From an uncultured bacterium (GTDB lineage Bacteria > Edwardsbacteria > AC1 > EtOH8), in NCBI GenBank assembly GCA_963780225.1, contig CAWAAX010000004.1:164217-228216 (forward strand): a stretch of DNA of 64,000 nucleotides. Reading direction: 5' to 3'. The translations under genes and the position numbers were made by a program. Position 1 is the first letter of the stretch. Each line of letters starts with the position of its first letter. Positions 52,186 through 61,467 of this stretch are shown one piece after another. The notes below the pieces were generated by a model. It was not told the DNA's origin. It was given only the letters and a program-made list of their open reading frames with translations, and searched no databases.

Positions 52186-54621
52186 ATGAACCCGCCCGAC
52201 GTCGAATTGTCCGCCAGCGGCCAGCCGCCCCAGGACTCCTCCGAAACTCCCAGGTTTTTGATGGTGGAAAATGCCAAGGACAAGCAGATCAACACCGAGC
52301 CTTTGATGCCCTTCAACGTGGTGCAAAAGCGCAGCGGGGAGATCGTCAACTTTGACCGGCGCAAGATCGCCGAGGCCATATTCAAGGCGGCCCAGGCGGT
52401 GGGCGGGGCCGATCATCTGCTGGCCGACGCCCTGGCCGAACAGGTGGAGCTGTTGCTGCACGCGGATAAGGGCCAGCATCTGCCCAACGTGGAGGAGATC
52501 CAGGACGCGGTGGAGAAGGTGCTGATAGAGCGGGGTCACGCCAAGACCGCCAAGGCCTTCATCCTTTACCGCGACCAGCGCTCCAAGATCCGCCGCCAGA
52601 ATTTCAATATCCGCCAGGTCCAGATGGGCGAGGTGGTGCGGGATTCCGACGCCACCGACCTGGCGCTGTTCATCCAGACCTCCGAGGACAACGTGGCCCA
52701 GTGGGACCGGGAGAAGATCGTCAAGGCCCTCAAAAAGGAGGCCGGGGTGGCCGAGGAGACCGCCCAGAAGATAGCGGCGGAAGTGGAACAGCAGATCGTG
52801 GACGCCAAGGTTAAGCGCCTGACCTCGTCCTTAGTGCGCGAACTGGTGGACGCCAAGCTGATAGAATACGGCCTGGAGGAGGCCCGCAAAAGGCACTCCC
52901 GGCTGGGCATGCCGCTCTACGACGTGGAGAAGGTCCTCACCGACCGCAACCGGGAGAACGCCAACATTCCCCACAATCCGGAAGCCACCAACATGACCCT
53001 GGCCGAGACCATCAACAAGCAGTTTGCGCTGGCCCGGGTATTTTCCCCCGACGTGGCCGACGCCCACAGCCGGGGCGACATCCACCTGCACGACCTGGGG
53101 TTCATCAACCGGCCCTATTGTTCGGGTCAAAGTTTGGAGTATGTCAAAAAATTCGGCCTGAGCCTGCCCAACGCCCTGTCCATAGCCAAGCCGGCCAAGC
53201 ACCCGGACACCCTGCTGGCCCACATGGTAAAAATGTCGGCCGCCCTGCAGGGGCACTTTGCCGGGGCCATCGGCTGGGACGCGGTCAACGTCTTTTTTGC
53301 CCCCTTCCTGGTGGGCATGTCCGACCGGGAGATCTCCCAGCTGGCCCAGATGATGATCTTTGAATACAGCCAGCAGTCGGTGGCCCGGGGCGGCCAGGCT
53401 ATTTTCTCCGACCTCAACATCTATTGGGAGACCCCCAAGCATTTCGAGAACGTGCCGGCCATCGGGCCGGGCGGCGAGTACACCGGCAAAAAGTACGGCG
53501 ATTACTTAAGGGAATCCCAGCGCTTTGCCTGGGCCCTGTTCGAAGTTTACAAGGGCGGCGACGGCACCGGACGGCCGTTCTTCTTCCCCAAGCCCCAGGC
53601 CCACATCACCGAAAAGTTCTTTTTAACCCCGGGGCACCAGGAATATCTGGAGCTGATCTCCTCGGTGGCCGCCGACAAGGGCAACACCTATTTCGTGTTC
53701 GACCGGGGCGAGACCGCCAAGATCTCCGAATGCTGCCGGCTGGCCTTCAAACTGGACGACCGGGACCTTAGGGACGCCAACACCCCCTGGAAGATGCGCT
53801 ATTCGGCCCTGCAGAACATCACCATCAACCTTCCCCGGATCGCCTACCTGGCCAAGGGCGACACCAACCAGCTCTACAAGAAGATAGACGAGTTCCTGCA
53901 CCTGGCCGTCAAAGGCCACCAGCAGAAGCGCAAGTTCATAGAAAAACTGATGAACCTGAAAGACCAGGGCCCGCTGGCGCTTTTAGCCATGGAGAAGGAC
54001 GGAGAGCCTTACTTAAGAATGGGGCGGGTTACCTTCCTGATCGGGATGCTGGGGCTGAACGAAATGGTGCAGCACCATACCGGGCAGGAGATGCATGAAA
54101 GCGAAGAAGCCTTCAAGTTTGGGCTGAAGATGATCGCCTACATGCACCTTAAGATCAAAGAGCTGGCCAAGGAATACGGCATGAAGTTCGTGCTGGAACA
54201 GACCCCGGCCGAGAGCACCGCCTTCCGCTTTGCCAAGCTGGACCTGCAGCAGTTCCCCAAGGACGCCGAGAAAGTGGTGAAGGGCAGCCCCAAGGAGGGT
54301 ACGGAATATTACACCAACTCCACCTATCTGAACGTGGCTTATCAGATGAACCCGATAGACCGGGTGAAACAGGAGGGCAAGTTCCACGACATGATAGAGG
54401 CCGGGGCCCTGACCCACATCTGGCTGGCGGATTCCCACCCCACTCCCAGCTCCATCGCCAATTTCGTGGTAAAATCCTTCCGCAACACCCGCAACGCCCA
54501 GATCGCCTTCTCGCCGGAATTCACCACCTGTAACAGCTGCGGCAAGGTCTACCGGGGACTCAAAGACGAGTGCCCCAACTGCAGCCGGAAGACGGTGGAG
54601 GGGATAAAGAAGATCAAGTAG
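52186..54621 (+). CDS. nrdD: Class III ribonucleotide reductase large subunit with two ATP cones, lacking the glycyl-radical C-terminus
   Basis: IHLHDL..RPYC, SECCRL, TINLPR, LGLNE, EQTPAEST, YYTNS, CNSC..CPNC then EGIKKIK*. Confidence 0.93.
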   Translation: MNPPDVELSASGQPPQDSSETPRFLMVENAKDKQINTEPLMPFNVVQKRSGEIVNFDRRKIAEAIFKAAQAVGGADHLLADALAEQVELLLHADKGQHLPNVEEIQDAVEKVLIERGHAKTAKAFILYRDQRSKIRRQNFNIRQVQMGEVVRDSDATDLALFIQTSEDNVAQWDREKIVKALKKEAGVAEETAQKIAAEVEQQIVDAKVKRLTSSLVRELVDAKLIEYGLEEARKRHSRLGMPLYDVEKVLTDRNRENANIPHNPEATNMTLAETINKQFALARVFSPDVADAHSRGDIHLHDLGFINRPYCSGQSLEYVKKFGLSLPNALSIAKPAKHPDTLLAHMVKMSAALQGHFAGAIGWDAVNVFFAPFLVGMSDREISQLAQMMIFEYSQQSVARGGQAIFSDLNIYWETPKHFENVPAIGPGGEYTGKKYGDYLRESQRFAWALFEVYKGGDGTGRPFFFPKPQAHITEKFFLTPGHQEYLELISSVAADKGNTYFVFDRGETAKISECCRLAFKLDDRDLRDANTPWKMRYSALQNITINLPRIAYLAKGDTNQLYKKIDEFLHLAVKGHQQKRKFIEKLMNLKDQGPLALLAMEKDGEPYLRMGRVTFLIGMLGLNEMVQHHTGQEMHESEEAFKFGLKMIAYMHLKIKELAKEYGMKFVLEQTPAESTAFRFAKLDLQQFPKDAEKVVKGSPKEGTEYYTNSTYLNVAYQMNPIDRVKQEGKFHDMIEAGALTHIWLADSHPTPSSIANFVVKSFRNTRNAQIAFSPEFTTCNSCGKVYRGLKDECPNCSRKTVEGIKKIK

Positions 54622-54812
54622 CTTCGGACTGTAGACAGTAGCCACTATCCAGTAGCTGGTATTCTGGTAACCAGTCCCTACGACTGTAAGGCATTCTTGC
54701 TTTTCACTTCGATATACACTTCGTCTTGCTCAGTGCAACGCTTAGGGCAGGCTATATTGCGAGGGAGCAGAAGGATCGGCAAGTGAAGCAATCCATTAAT
54801 TAAGGGGAAAAC

Positions 54813-55897
54813 ATGAAACGCATATTATTAATAATCACCGCTCTGTTGCTCCTGCTGGCCGGGGCCGCCATGGCCCAGGAATACTTTGACGTGATCTACC
54901 TGAAGAACGGCGACATCATCAGGGGCGTCATCGTGGAGGGGGCCAGCTTAACCAACCCCAGCGCCTATGTCAAGATCGAGACCGGCAACGGCTCGATCAT
55001 AACCGTTCTTTACGCTGATATCCTGAAGTTCACCCGGGAAAAGAATGTAACAGCTCCGCCAGTGGAAACGGTAGTGCCGGAAGAGACTCCCAGGCAAACC
55101 AGGGCCAGAAAACCCCGGGCGCCGGTCGTTTTCCGCAAGACCCACGAGTGGGTGGATTTTGATCTGGGCTTTAAGATGGGCTTCCTGCTGGGCGATGACA
55201 AGGACCTGGAGCAGCTTTGGACCCAGGCAGTGCCGGCGCCCACCGAGATCACCTGGGACGAGAAGCATACCTCCATGGGAATGGGGCTGGACTTTGACCT
55301 GATGCTGCGGCTCGATGATAAATTTTCGGTGGGGCCGTTCTTTGCCGCGAACTTCATGGCGCCCGGGGCCACCGGCGAGCTGAAGTGGACCAGCACCGGA
55401 TATCTCTATTACAACGGGTATTATCTGGGTCTATTATCCCGCCGGCGAATGGTACACCAAGCACAAGCTGGATTTCAGCAATGTGGTTTTCGGGGGCCGG
55501 GCCCGGGCAATCTTTCCCATCAAAGATCCCTCCGGGGCCGAGGTGGCCAACCTGTCGCTGGAATTTAGCGTAGGCCAATTATCCCTGGCCGGGGCCGGCT
55601 ACCGGACCTATCTGGACGGCGACCTGGTGCAGTGGGCCGAATTTACCGGCAGTTCCACCTATATTGCTTTCGGAGCCGGGGTCAGCGCCTATACCAATAA
55701 ATTTTCCTCGCTTAGCGCCAAGTTCGGCTTCCAGTCCGCCGGGCTGGACAAGATCAAGTTCGAGATCATCCAGGACGACTATTGCCCCGACGATGAGGGC
55801 AGGACCGGGACGGTTACCAGCGGGCCGACAGCTTACTCCCATAACTGTGAGCTTTAAGGAAATATTCATGACCATTGCCTGGACGCTGATGTTCTAA
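54813..55897 (+). CDS. Hypothetical outer-membrane protein; two apparent frameshifts (~55428, ~55850)
   Basis: Signal peptide AMA-Q, DVIYLKNGDIIRG N-domain, alternating aromatic strands, final piece ends ..TIAWTLMF*. Confidence 0.65.
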
Positions 55898-55929
55898 TTA
55901 CTGAATACTGAATACTGGAGACGATCAAA

Positions 55930-55980
55930 AACTCAACCCCGGCCCTTCTCTTTTAAAGAGAAGGGAGCAAGGGATGAGTT
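55930..55980. repeat. CCCT(T)CTC..GAGA(A)GGG nested palindromic element, copy 1
   Basis: cccttctcttt-t-aaagagaaggg inside outer aactca/tgagtt; related copy 57987-58037. Confidence 0.65.
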
Positions 55981-56141
55981 CTCAAAACCTACGAATCCTT
56001 TCCCTTTTCCCGGCATCTAAATGATAGAAACAGGGACGGATCAAAAGACAAATAACTAAAGTAAGGGCAATTCACTCGTCCGACGAAGCCTTTAATGGCG
56101 GCGTAGTAGGATGAATTGCCCCAACAGGAGGAGATAAAAAC

Positions 56142-56429
56142 ATGGAACTGCAGGAACTGAAAGACAAACTGACCTCGGAAAAACAGTCCTTTGAATTCAA
56201 CGAAGAGGACGGCGGAGTCTACATTCGCAACAAGCGCTACGACACCAAAATCCACGCCAGCTATGAGGCCATAGAAAAGCATGACTGGAGCGACATCAAG
56301 GCCCAAACCGTGGCCGGGCGCGACGTCAACCACATCACCCGGGTTACCGGTTATTTCACCATCGTGGAAGGCTGGAACAAGGGCAAGATAGGGGAACTGA
56401 GGGACAGGTATAAGTCGCAGGTAAAGTGA
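56142..56429 (+). CDS. Stand-alone NrdD-type glycyl-radical domain protein (95 aa)
   Basis: aggaggag RBS; HITRVTGYFTIVEGWNKGKIGELRDR, Gly70 at 56349-56351. Confidence 0.9.
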   Translation: MELQELKDKLTSEKQSFEFNEEDGGVYIRNKRYDTKIHASYEAIEKHDWSDIKAQTVAGRDVNHITRVTGYFTIVEGWNKGKIGELRDRYKSQVK

Positions 56430-56652
56430 CCCTTCGAAAGTAAGTCAAGCGGGGCATCCTCAGGGTGACACCCTTCAGGGGGTGGGAGGGTCATTCTGAG
56501 CAGGACAAAACAACCTGGCCAGCCGAAGAATCCTTCGGTTTGTCAGGCAAGGGGCAACACTCAGGATGACATTCTTCGGTTTGTCAGGCAAGGGGCAACA
56601 CTCAGGATGACATTCTCAATTTGTCAGGCACGGAGCAATACTCAGGATGACA
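56430..56652. repeat. Cluster of CTTCG..CTCAGG(A/G)TGACA REP-like elements incl. three ~41-bp tandem copies
   Basis: Tandem units start 56533, 56574, 56615; inverted copy gtcattctgag..cgaagaatc at 56490-56532. Confidence 0.85.
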
Positions 56653-56684
56653 CTGTCGAAAGCAAGAAAGCATAAGAGGAAATA

Positions 56685-56990
56685 ATGGAAATAAAAGTAT
56701 TCGGGCGGCCCAGCTGCCAGGTCTGCAAGCAGGCCATTGAAAAGATAGACTATTTTCTGGACAAGTGGAAATACACCGGACAGGTGCCGGTCAACTATTT
56801 TGACATGGACACCATGGACGGCCTGGCCGAGGGGGCATTTTACGAGGTCTCCGACATTCCCACCGTGGTGCTGGAAGAAAAAAAGGAGGAGCTGGACCGC
56901 TGGGTCAAGCGGCCGCCGCTTTCCAAGGAACTGAAACCGCATCTGGACAAGGCCTTCAAGGGCGAGTCCGGCCCGGACGAGGAGGACTAA
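56685..56990 (+). CDS. Thioredoxin/glutaredoxin-like protein (NrdH-like)
   Basis: IKVFGRPSCQVCK, cis-Pro motif DIPTVVL. Confidence 0.85.
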   Translation: MEIKVFGRPSCQVCKQAIEKIDYFLDKWKYTGQVPVNYFDMDTMDGLAEGAFYEVSDIPTVVLEEKKEELDRWVKRPPLSKELKPHLDKAFKGESGPDEED

Positions 56991-57120
56991 TTACAGTCGT
57001 GATACAATAGGGACTACAATCGATATGCTATGGGCAAGCAATTGTTTGGACGACAGTATCACCACCGTATAACCACTGTATCACTACTGCCCGACATTCA
57101 TCAATGCTCCGCAAGGTAAA

Positions 57121-57844
57121 ATGGAAATAAAAGGTTTCATAGAGACATCGCTAATTGACTGGGACGGCAAGCTGGTCTCAGTCTTTTTTTTGCCCGGCTG
57201 CAACTTCCGCTGCCCCTTCTGCCACAACCACCAGTTATGGAAGGAGCCGCAGAGCATTGAGACAGTTCCCTGGCAGAAGATCCACGATTTCCTTAAAGGC
57301 AAGAAAGGCTGGATAGACGGGGTGGTGATCACCGGCGGCGAGCCCACCGTGCATGCCGATCTGCCGCAGTTCATCCGAATCGCTCCGGGAGATGGGCCTG
57401 CTGGTAAAGCTGGACACCAACGGCGCCAATCCCGAGATGCTACAGATGCTGCTGGACCAAAAGCTGGTGGACTACGTGGCCATGGACCTGAAAGCCACCC
57501 TGGATCCCATCTACAGCCAGGCGGCCGGGACCAAGGTGAACCTGGACGACATCAAGCGCTCGATAGAGATACTGATGACCGGCAAAACTGACTACGAGTT
57601 CCGGACCACTTTGGTGCCGTTGTTCCACAGTTTGGAGAACGTCAAACAGATGGGCAAAAGCATCAAGGGGGCCAAAAAGTGGGTGTTGCAGCAGTTCGTG
57701 CCCCAGAACTCGGAAACGGCCATGCTCAAGAACGTCTGGCCCTACGCCGAGGAGTACCTGGTGAAGATGCAGCAGGAGGGAAGCAAATGGGTGGATAACT
57801 GCATTCTGCGGGGGATAAGCGAGATAGCCGCCGAGCAGGTCTGA
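57121..57844 (+). CDS. nrdG: Anaerobic RNR activating radical SAM enzyme; frameshift near 57377
   Basis: SLIDW, GCNFRCPFCHN, GVVITGGEPT, VKLDTNG, YVAMDLK, YEFRTT. Confidence 0.92.
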
Positions 57845-57986
57845 AGAGTAGCTAATAATGGACACTAATTGACACTGAAGACAATGATGGATTATACTTT
57901 CGGCAGCATGGCTGGTGGCCAATCTCAGTACAGGTTTTATAAGGAAACCATGAATCCAGGAAGGAATTCGTGCATTCCTTTCTTGG

Positions 57987-58037
57987 GACCTCACCCAGCC
58001 CTCTCCTAATGCGTTAGGAGAGGGGACGGGAGAGGTC
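57987..58037. repeat. CCCTCTCC..GGAGAGGG nested palindromic element, copy 2
   Basis: gacctcacccagccctctcctaa-tgcg-ttaggagaggggacgggagaggtc. Confidence 0.65.
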
Positions 58038-58050
58038 AGTACCACCAAAT

Positions 58051-58082
58051 GAAAAACCGCCCCATGACTGGGGCGGTTTTTC
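58051..58082. terminator. Bidirectional terminator between nrd and met operons
   Basis: gaaaaaccgcccca-tgac-tggggcggtttttc. Confidence 0.85.
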
Positions 58083-58101
58083 TTGTTCCCGGACTGCGAA
58101 C

Positions 58102-61100
58102 CTATTCCTTATTGAAGATGATGGCGCTGGTGCTGAATTCCGGGTCCATCTGGTGCGATTCGCTTAAAGTCACTTTTATTCTGACCGGCTTCAGCACGGA
58201 AAACATCTTCTCCTGCTGGGCCAGCTTGGGCCAGACCGGATAGCCGGGGCTTAGCCTGACGCTGTTCTCCCAGCCGGCCAGCTGGTTGATCCGGGCGTTG
58301 TTCCACTTGGCCAGGGCCTCGGTCAGCTCGGCGGCCAGGCCGTGCAGTAAAAATTCCTTCTGCACTTTTCCCTCCTGGTTCAATTTGCGGCAGCGCTTGC
58401 TTACCTTTCTGCCCAGGGTCACCAGCTGCAGGGCCACCGTCATTTCCTCCCGGGAGCCGGCGGGAATGCTATTGCGGATCTTATCAGAAAAGGTAAGGGT
58501 CAGCCATTCCTTTTGGGACTTGGGTTTTAAGACCACCAGCTGGTAACCCTTCCACCTGGCCCGGTAGAACCCGTAAACGGCCTTGGGCTTAAAGACATCC
58601 TTCTTGATGGCCATCTCCCACATCTCGTTGAAGGCGGTATCGGCCAATGCGGTCTGCTGTCCGGCCTTGTCCTGGCCGGCCTTGGCGGAGACCATCTGCC
58701 AGCGGGACTGGTAGAGCGACCGGCGGTTCAGATGCTCCAGTAAAAGGTAGAGGGGGATCTTTTTCTCCACCTTGCTTCCCTCAAAGGGAAGTTTTTGTTT
58801 GCTCTGTGAGGCCCGAACCTTTAAACTGGCTGGTTTCGTTTCCGGTTTAGCCTTGGCCGGTGCAATGCGGACCTTCTTATCTTCGGAGTCCTCTGATCTT
58901 CGGTTGTCCTTGGTGACCGGTTTTGGGGCTACGGATTTTTCCGGGGCGGTCAGCTGCTGCATCACCTTTAGCCCGTCCATGGCGTCCTGGGCGAAATGGA
59001 CAGCCGGATAAAGCGGAAGCATGGTCTTCTCATAATAGTCCCGGCTCAGCGCCGCGCCGCCGCAGATCACCGGCAGGCTAAGGCCCTGGGCCTTGAACAC
59101 CTCCAGGTATTCGGTCATGGCCTTCACCGATTCCACCAGCAGGCCGGAGAGGCCCACCGCGGTGGGCTGGTGTTCCCGGACGGCGGTGATGATCTGCTCG
59201 GCGCTCTGCTTGACCCCCAGGTTGATCACCTTGAAACCGTTGGCCTCCAGGATCATGGCCACCAGGTTCTTGCCGATGTCGTGGATGTCGCCCCGGACAG
59301 TGGCCAGCACTATGGAGCCCCGGGCCTCGGCCTTCTTTTTCCCCAGCATCGGCTTCAAAATATCCGAGGCGCTGCGCATCACCTCGGCCGAGCGCAGTAC
59401 GAAGGGCAGCTGGAGCTTGCCCTGGCCGAACAGTTTTCCCACCTTGTCCATGGCCGGAAGGAGGTCCTCCCGGATGATGAACAGGGGAGTTTCCTCTTTT
59501 AACAAAGCCTTCAGGGTCTGCTCCAGCCCCTGGCTGTCGCCGGACAGCACGTGCTGTTCCAGCCGCTGGGCCGGGGCCACGAAGTTTTGGTGGGCCACGC
59601 TCTCCTCCCCGATCTTGTGGTGGGAGAAGAAGGCCAGCAGGGCCTCCAGCGGCGGCTTGGAGCCGGTCTGCCGGTTCAGAATCAGGTCGTCGCACAGTTT
59701 CACTAATTGGGGCGGCACCAGGTGCAGAGGCATGATCCGCCCGGCGTGCATGATGGCCGCGTCCAAACCCCTTTCCACTGCCCGGCGCAGAAACACCGAG
59801 TTCAGGGCCTTGCGGGCCTGGGGCGAAAGGCCGTAAGAAACATTGCTGACGCCGAGGACGGTGAAGGAACCTGGGAACTGGGATTTGATCTTTGTGATGG
59901 CGTCCAAGGTCTCCTTGCCGGCGTTCTTCAGCGACTCGTCGCCCGAGCCCAGGCTGAAGGTCAGGAAGTCGAACAGCAGATCCTGTTCGGACAACCCGCA
60001 TTCCAGGGCCATAGCATGCAGTCTTTGGGCCACGGCTATTTTCTTGTCCGCAGTATCGGCCATGCCCTGCTCGTCAATGGTCAAACAGACCACGGCCGCG
60101 CCGTACTGCCGGCAAAGCTCAAAGGTTTCCCTGGCTCTTTTTCCTCCGTCCTCCAGATTTACCGAGTTGACTATGCAGCGCCCGGCCAGGCGCTTTAACG
60201 CTTCTTCCACCACCTGGGGGCTGGTGGAGTCTATCATCACCGGCAGCTGGAGCCGGGTGTTGAGCATGGAGCAGAAGACCTGGTAATCCAAAACCTCCTG
60301 CCGCCCGGCCGCCGCCAGGGAAAGATCTATGGCGTGGGACTGCTCGGCCTGCTGGTCCAGTGCCACCTTCATCATGCCTTCGTAGTCGTCCTTTTGCAGG
60401 CATTCCCTAAAAAGTTTGCTGCCTGACACATTGGTCCGCTCCCCGATGATCAGCGGCTTGGGCTCGGTGCTGATGTCCTGGGACTGGTAGAGCGAGGAGA
60501 TCCGGGCCGTCCTGGTTTCCACCGGCTTCCGGGCCGGGATATCTTTTAAGGCCAAAGCCAGTTCCCGGATGTGCTCGGGGGTCGTTCCGCAGCAGCCGCC
60601 GGCGATGTTCAGGCCCACCGCGGAGGCAAAATATTTCATCTGGGCGGCAAAATCATAAGGCTCCAGATCATAGACCGTCCGGCCGTCCACTAATTTGGGC
60701 AGGCCGGCGTTGGGCATCAGGAACAACAGCTTTGACGAATGCCGGGCCAGGTAGTATACCGCCTCGGTCAAGCCCTTTGGCCCCAGACTGCAGTTGAGGC
60801 CGATGGCGGCCAGCGGCAGGGGCTCCAGCGCGGCCAGCACCGCGGCGATGTCGCTGCCCAGCAGGGTGCGGCCGCTCTGGTCGATGGTCACCGAGCCGAT
60901 GATGGGCTTGTATTGATCCTGCTCCTTCATGGCCCGGTCAATGGCGATGACCGCGGCCTTCAGCTGCAGCAGGTCCTGGCAGGTCTCCACTATAAAGCAG
61001 TCAACCCCGCCGGCCAGCAAGCCCTGGGCCTGGGGCAGATAACTCTGCACCAGCTCGTCAAATGAGATCTGTCCCAGTCCGGGCAGTTTTGAGCCGGGGC

Positions 61101-61467
61101 CCATGGAACCGGCCACGTATCTTGGATCATCGGGCTGGGAGAATTCCCCGGCCGCCTGTTTGGCCAGCCGGGCCGCCTGCTGGTTGATCTCAAAACATCT
61201 ATCGGCCAGGCCGTGTTCGGCCAGGATGTGTTTTGCTCCGCCAAAGCTGCCGGTCTCTATTATCTGGGCCCCGGCCGAAAGATAATCGTTATGTATCTTC
61301 TGGATGACATCGGGCCGGGAGAGGCACAGAAACTCGTGACAGCCGGGATGGCCGCCGTAATCCCCGTCGTTCAGCCCCGCTGCTAAAAGCTGGCTGCCCA
61401 TGCCGCCGTCCATGATCAAAATTCTCTGGCGGGAGCTTTCCAGAAAGCCTTCCGGGTGTTGTTTCAT
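58102..61467 (-). CDS. metH: Cobalamin-dependent methionine synthase
   Basis: DGGMGSQL, GLNC, PNAGLP, GGCCGTTPEHI, IGERTN, ATVRGDIHDIGKN, RLSPGYP. Confidence 0.94.
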   Translation of the reverse strand: MKQHPEGFLESSRQRILIMDGGMGSQLLAAGLNDGDYGGHPGCHEFLCLSRPDVIQKIHNDYLSAGAQIIETGSFGGAKHILAEHGLADRCFEINQQAARLAKQAAGEFSQPDDPRYVAGSMGPGSKLPGLGQISFDELVQSYLPQAQGLLAGGVDCFIVETCQDLLQLKAAVIAIDRAMKEQDQYKPIIGSVTIDQSGRTLLGSDIAAVLAALEPLPLAAIGLNCSLGPKGLTEAVYYLARHSSKLLFLMPNAGLPKLVDGRTVYDLEPYDFAAQMKYFASAVGLNIAGGCCGTTPEHIRELALALKDIPARKPVETRTARISSLYQSQDISTEPKPLIIGERTNVSGSKLFRECLQKDDYEGMMKVALDQQAEQSHAIDLSLAAAGRQEVLDYQVFCSMLNTRLQLPVMIDSTSPQVVEEALKRLAGRCIVNSVNLEDGGKRARETFELCRQYGAAVVCLTIDEQGMADTADKKIAVAQRLHAMALECGLSEQDLLFDFLTFSLGSGDESLKNAGKETLDAITKIKSQFPGSFTVLGVSNVSYGLSPQARKALNSVFLRRAVERGLDAAIMHAGRIMPLHLVPPQLVKLCDDLILNRQTGSKPPLEALLAFFSHHKIGEESVAHQNFVAPAQRLEQHVLSGDSQGLEQTLKALLKEETPLFIIREDLLPAMDKVGKLFGQGKLQLPFVLRSAEVMRSASDILKPMLGKKKAEARGSIVLATVRGDIHDIGKNLVAMILEANGFKVINLGVKQSAEQIITAVREHQPTAVGLSGLLVESVKAMTEYLEVFKAQGLSLPVICGGAALSRDYYEKTMLPLYPAVHFAQDAMDGLKVMQQLTAPEKSVAPKPVTKDNRRSEDSEDKKVRIAPAKAKPETKPASLKVRASQSKQKLPFEGSKVEKKIPLYLLLEHLNRRSLYQSRWQMVSAKAGQDKAGQQTALADTAFNEMWEMAIKKDVFKPKAVYGFYRARWKGYQLVVLKPKSQKEWLTLTFSDKIRNSIPAGSREEMTVALQLVTLGRKVSKRCRKLNQEGKVQKEFLLHGLAAELTEALAKWNNARINQLAGWENSVRLSPGYPVWPKLAQQEKMFSVLKPVRIKVTLSESHQMDPEFSTSAIIFNKE

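Noticed and set aside
54619..54786. Amber read-through or frameshift restoring the NrdD C-terminus
   Set aside because: In-frame sequence after TAG reads LRTVDSSHYPVAG.. with no YF..WN.GK motif and consists largely of repeat elements
54604..56340. Group I intron or intein interrupting nrdD
   Set aside because: No recognisable intron core or homing endonuclease; the junction lacks a terminal G; the downstream part has its own RBS, ATG and N-terminal domain. RT-PCR would be decisive
56533..56652. 41-bp tandem repeats as a CRISPR array
   Set aside because: Units abut with no unique spacers, no cas genes nearby, and they belong to a dispersed REP-like family
57360..57390. Programmed frameshift in nrdG
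   Set aside because: No slippery heptamer visible; resembles the many other single-base errors in this window
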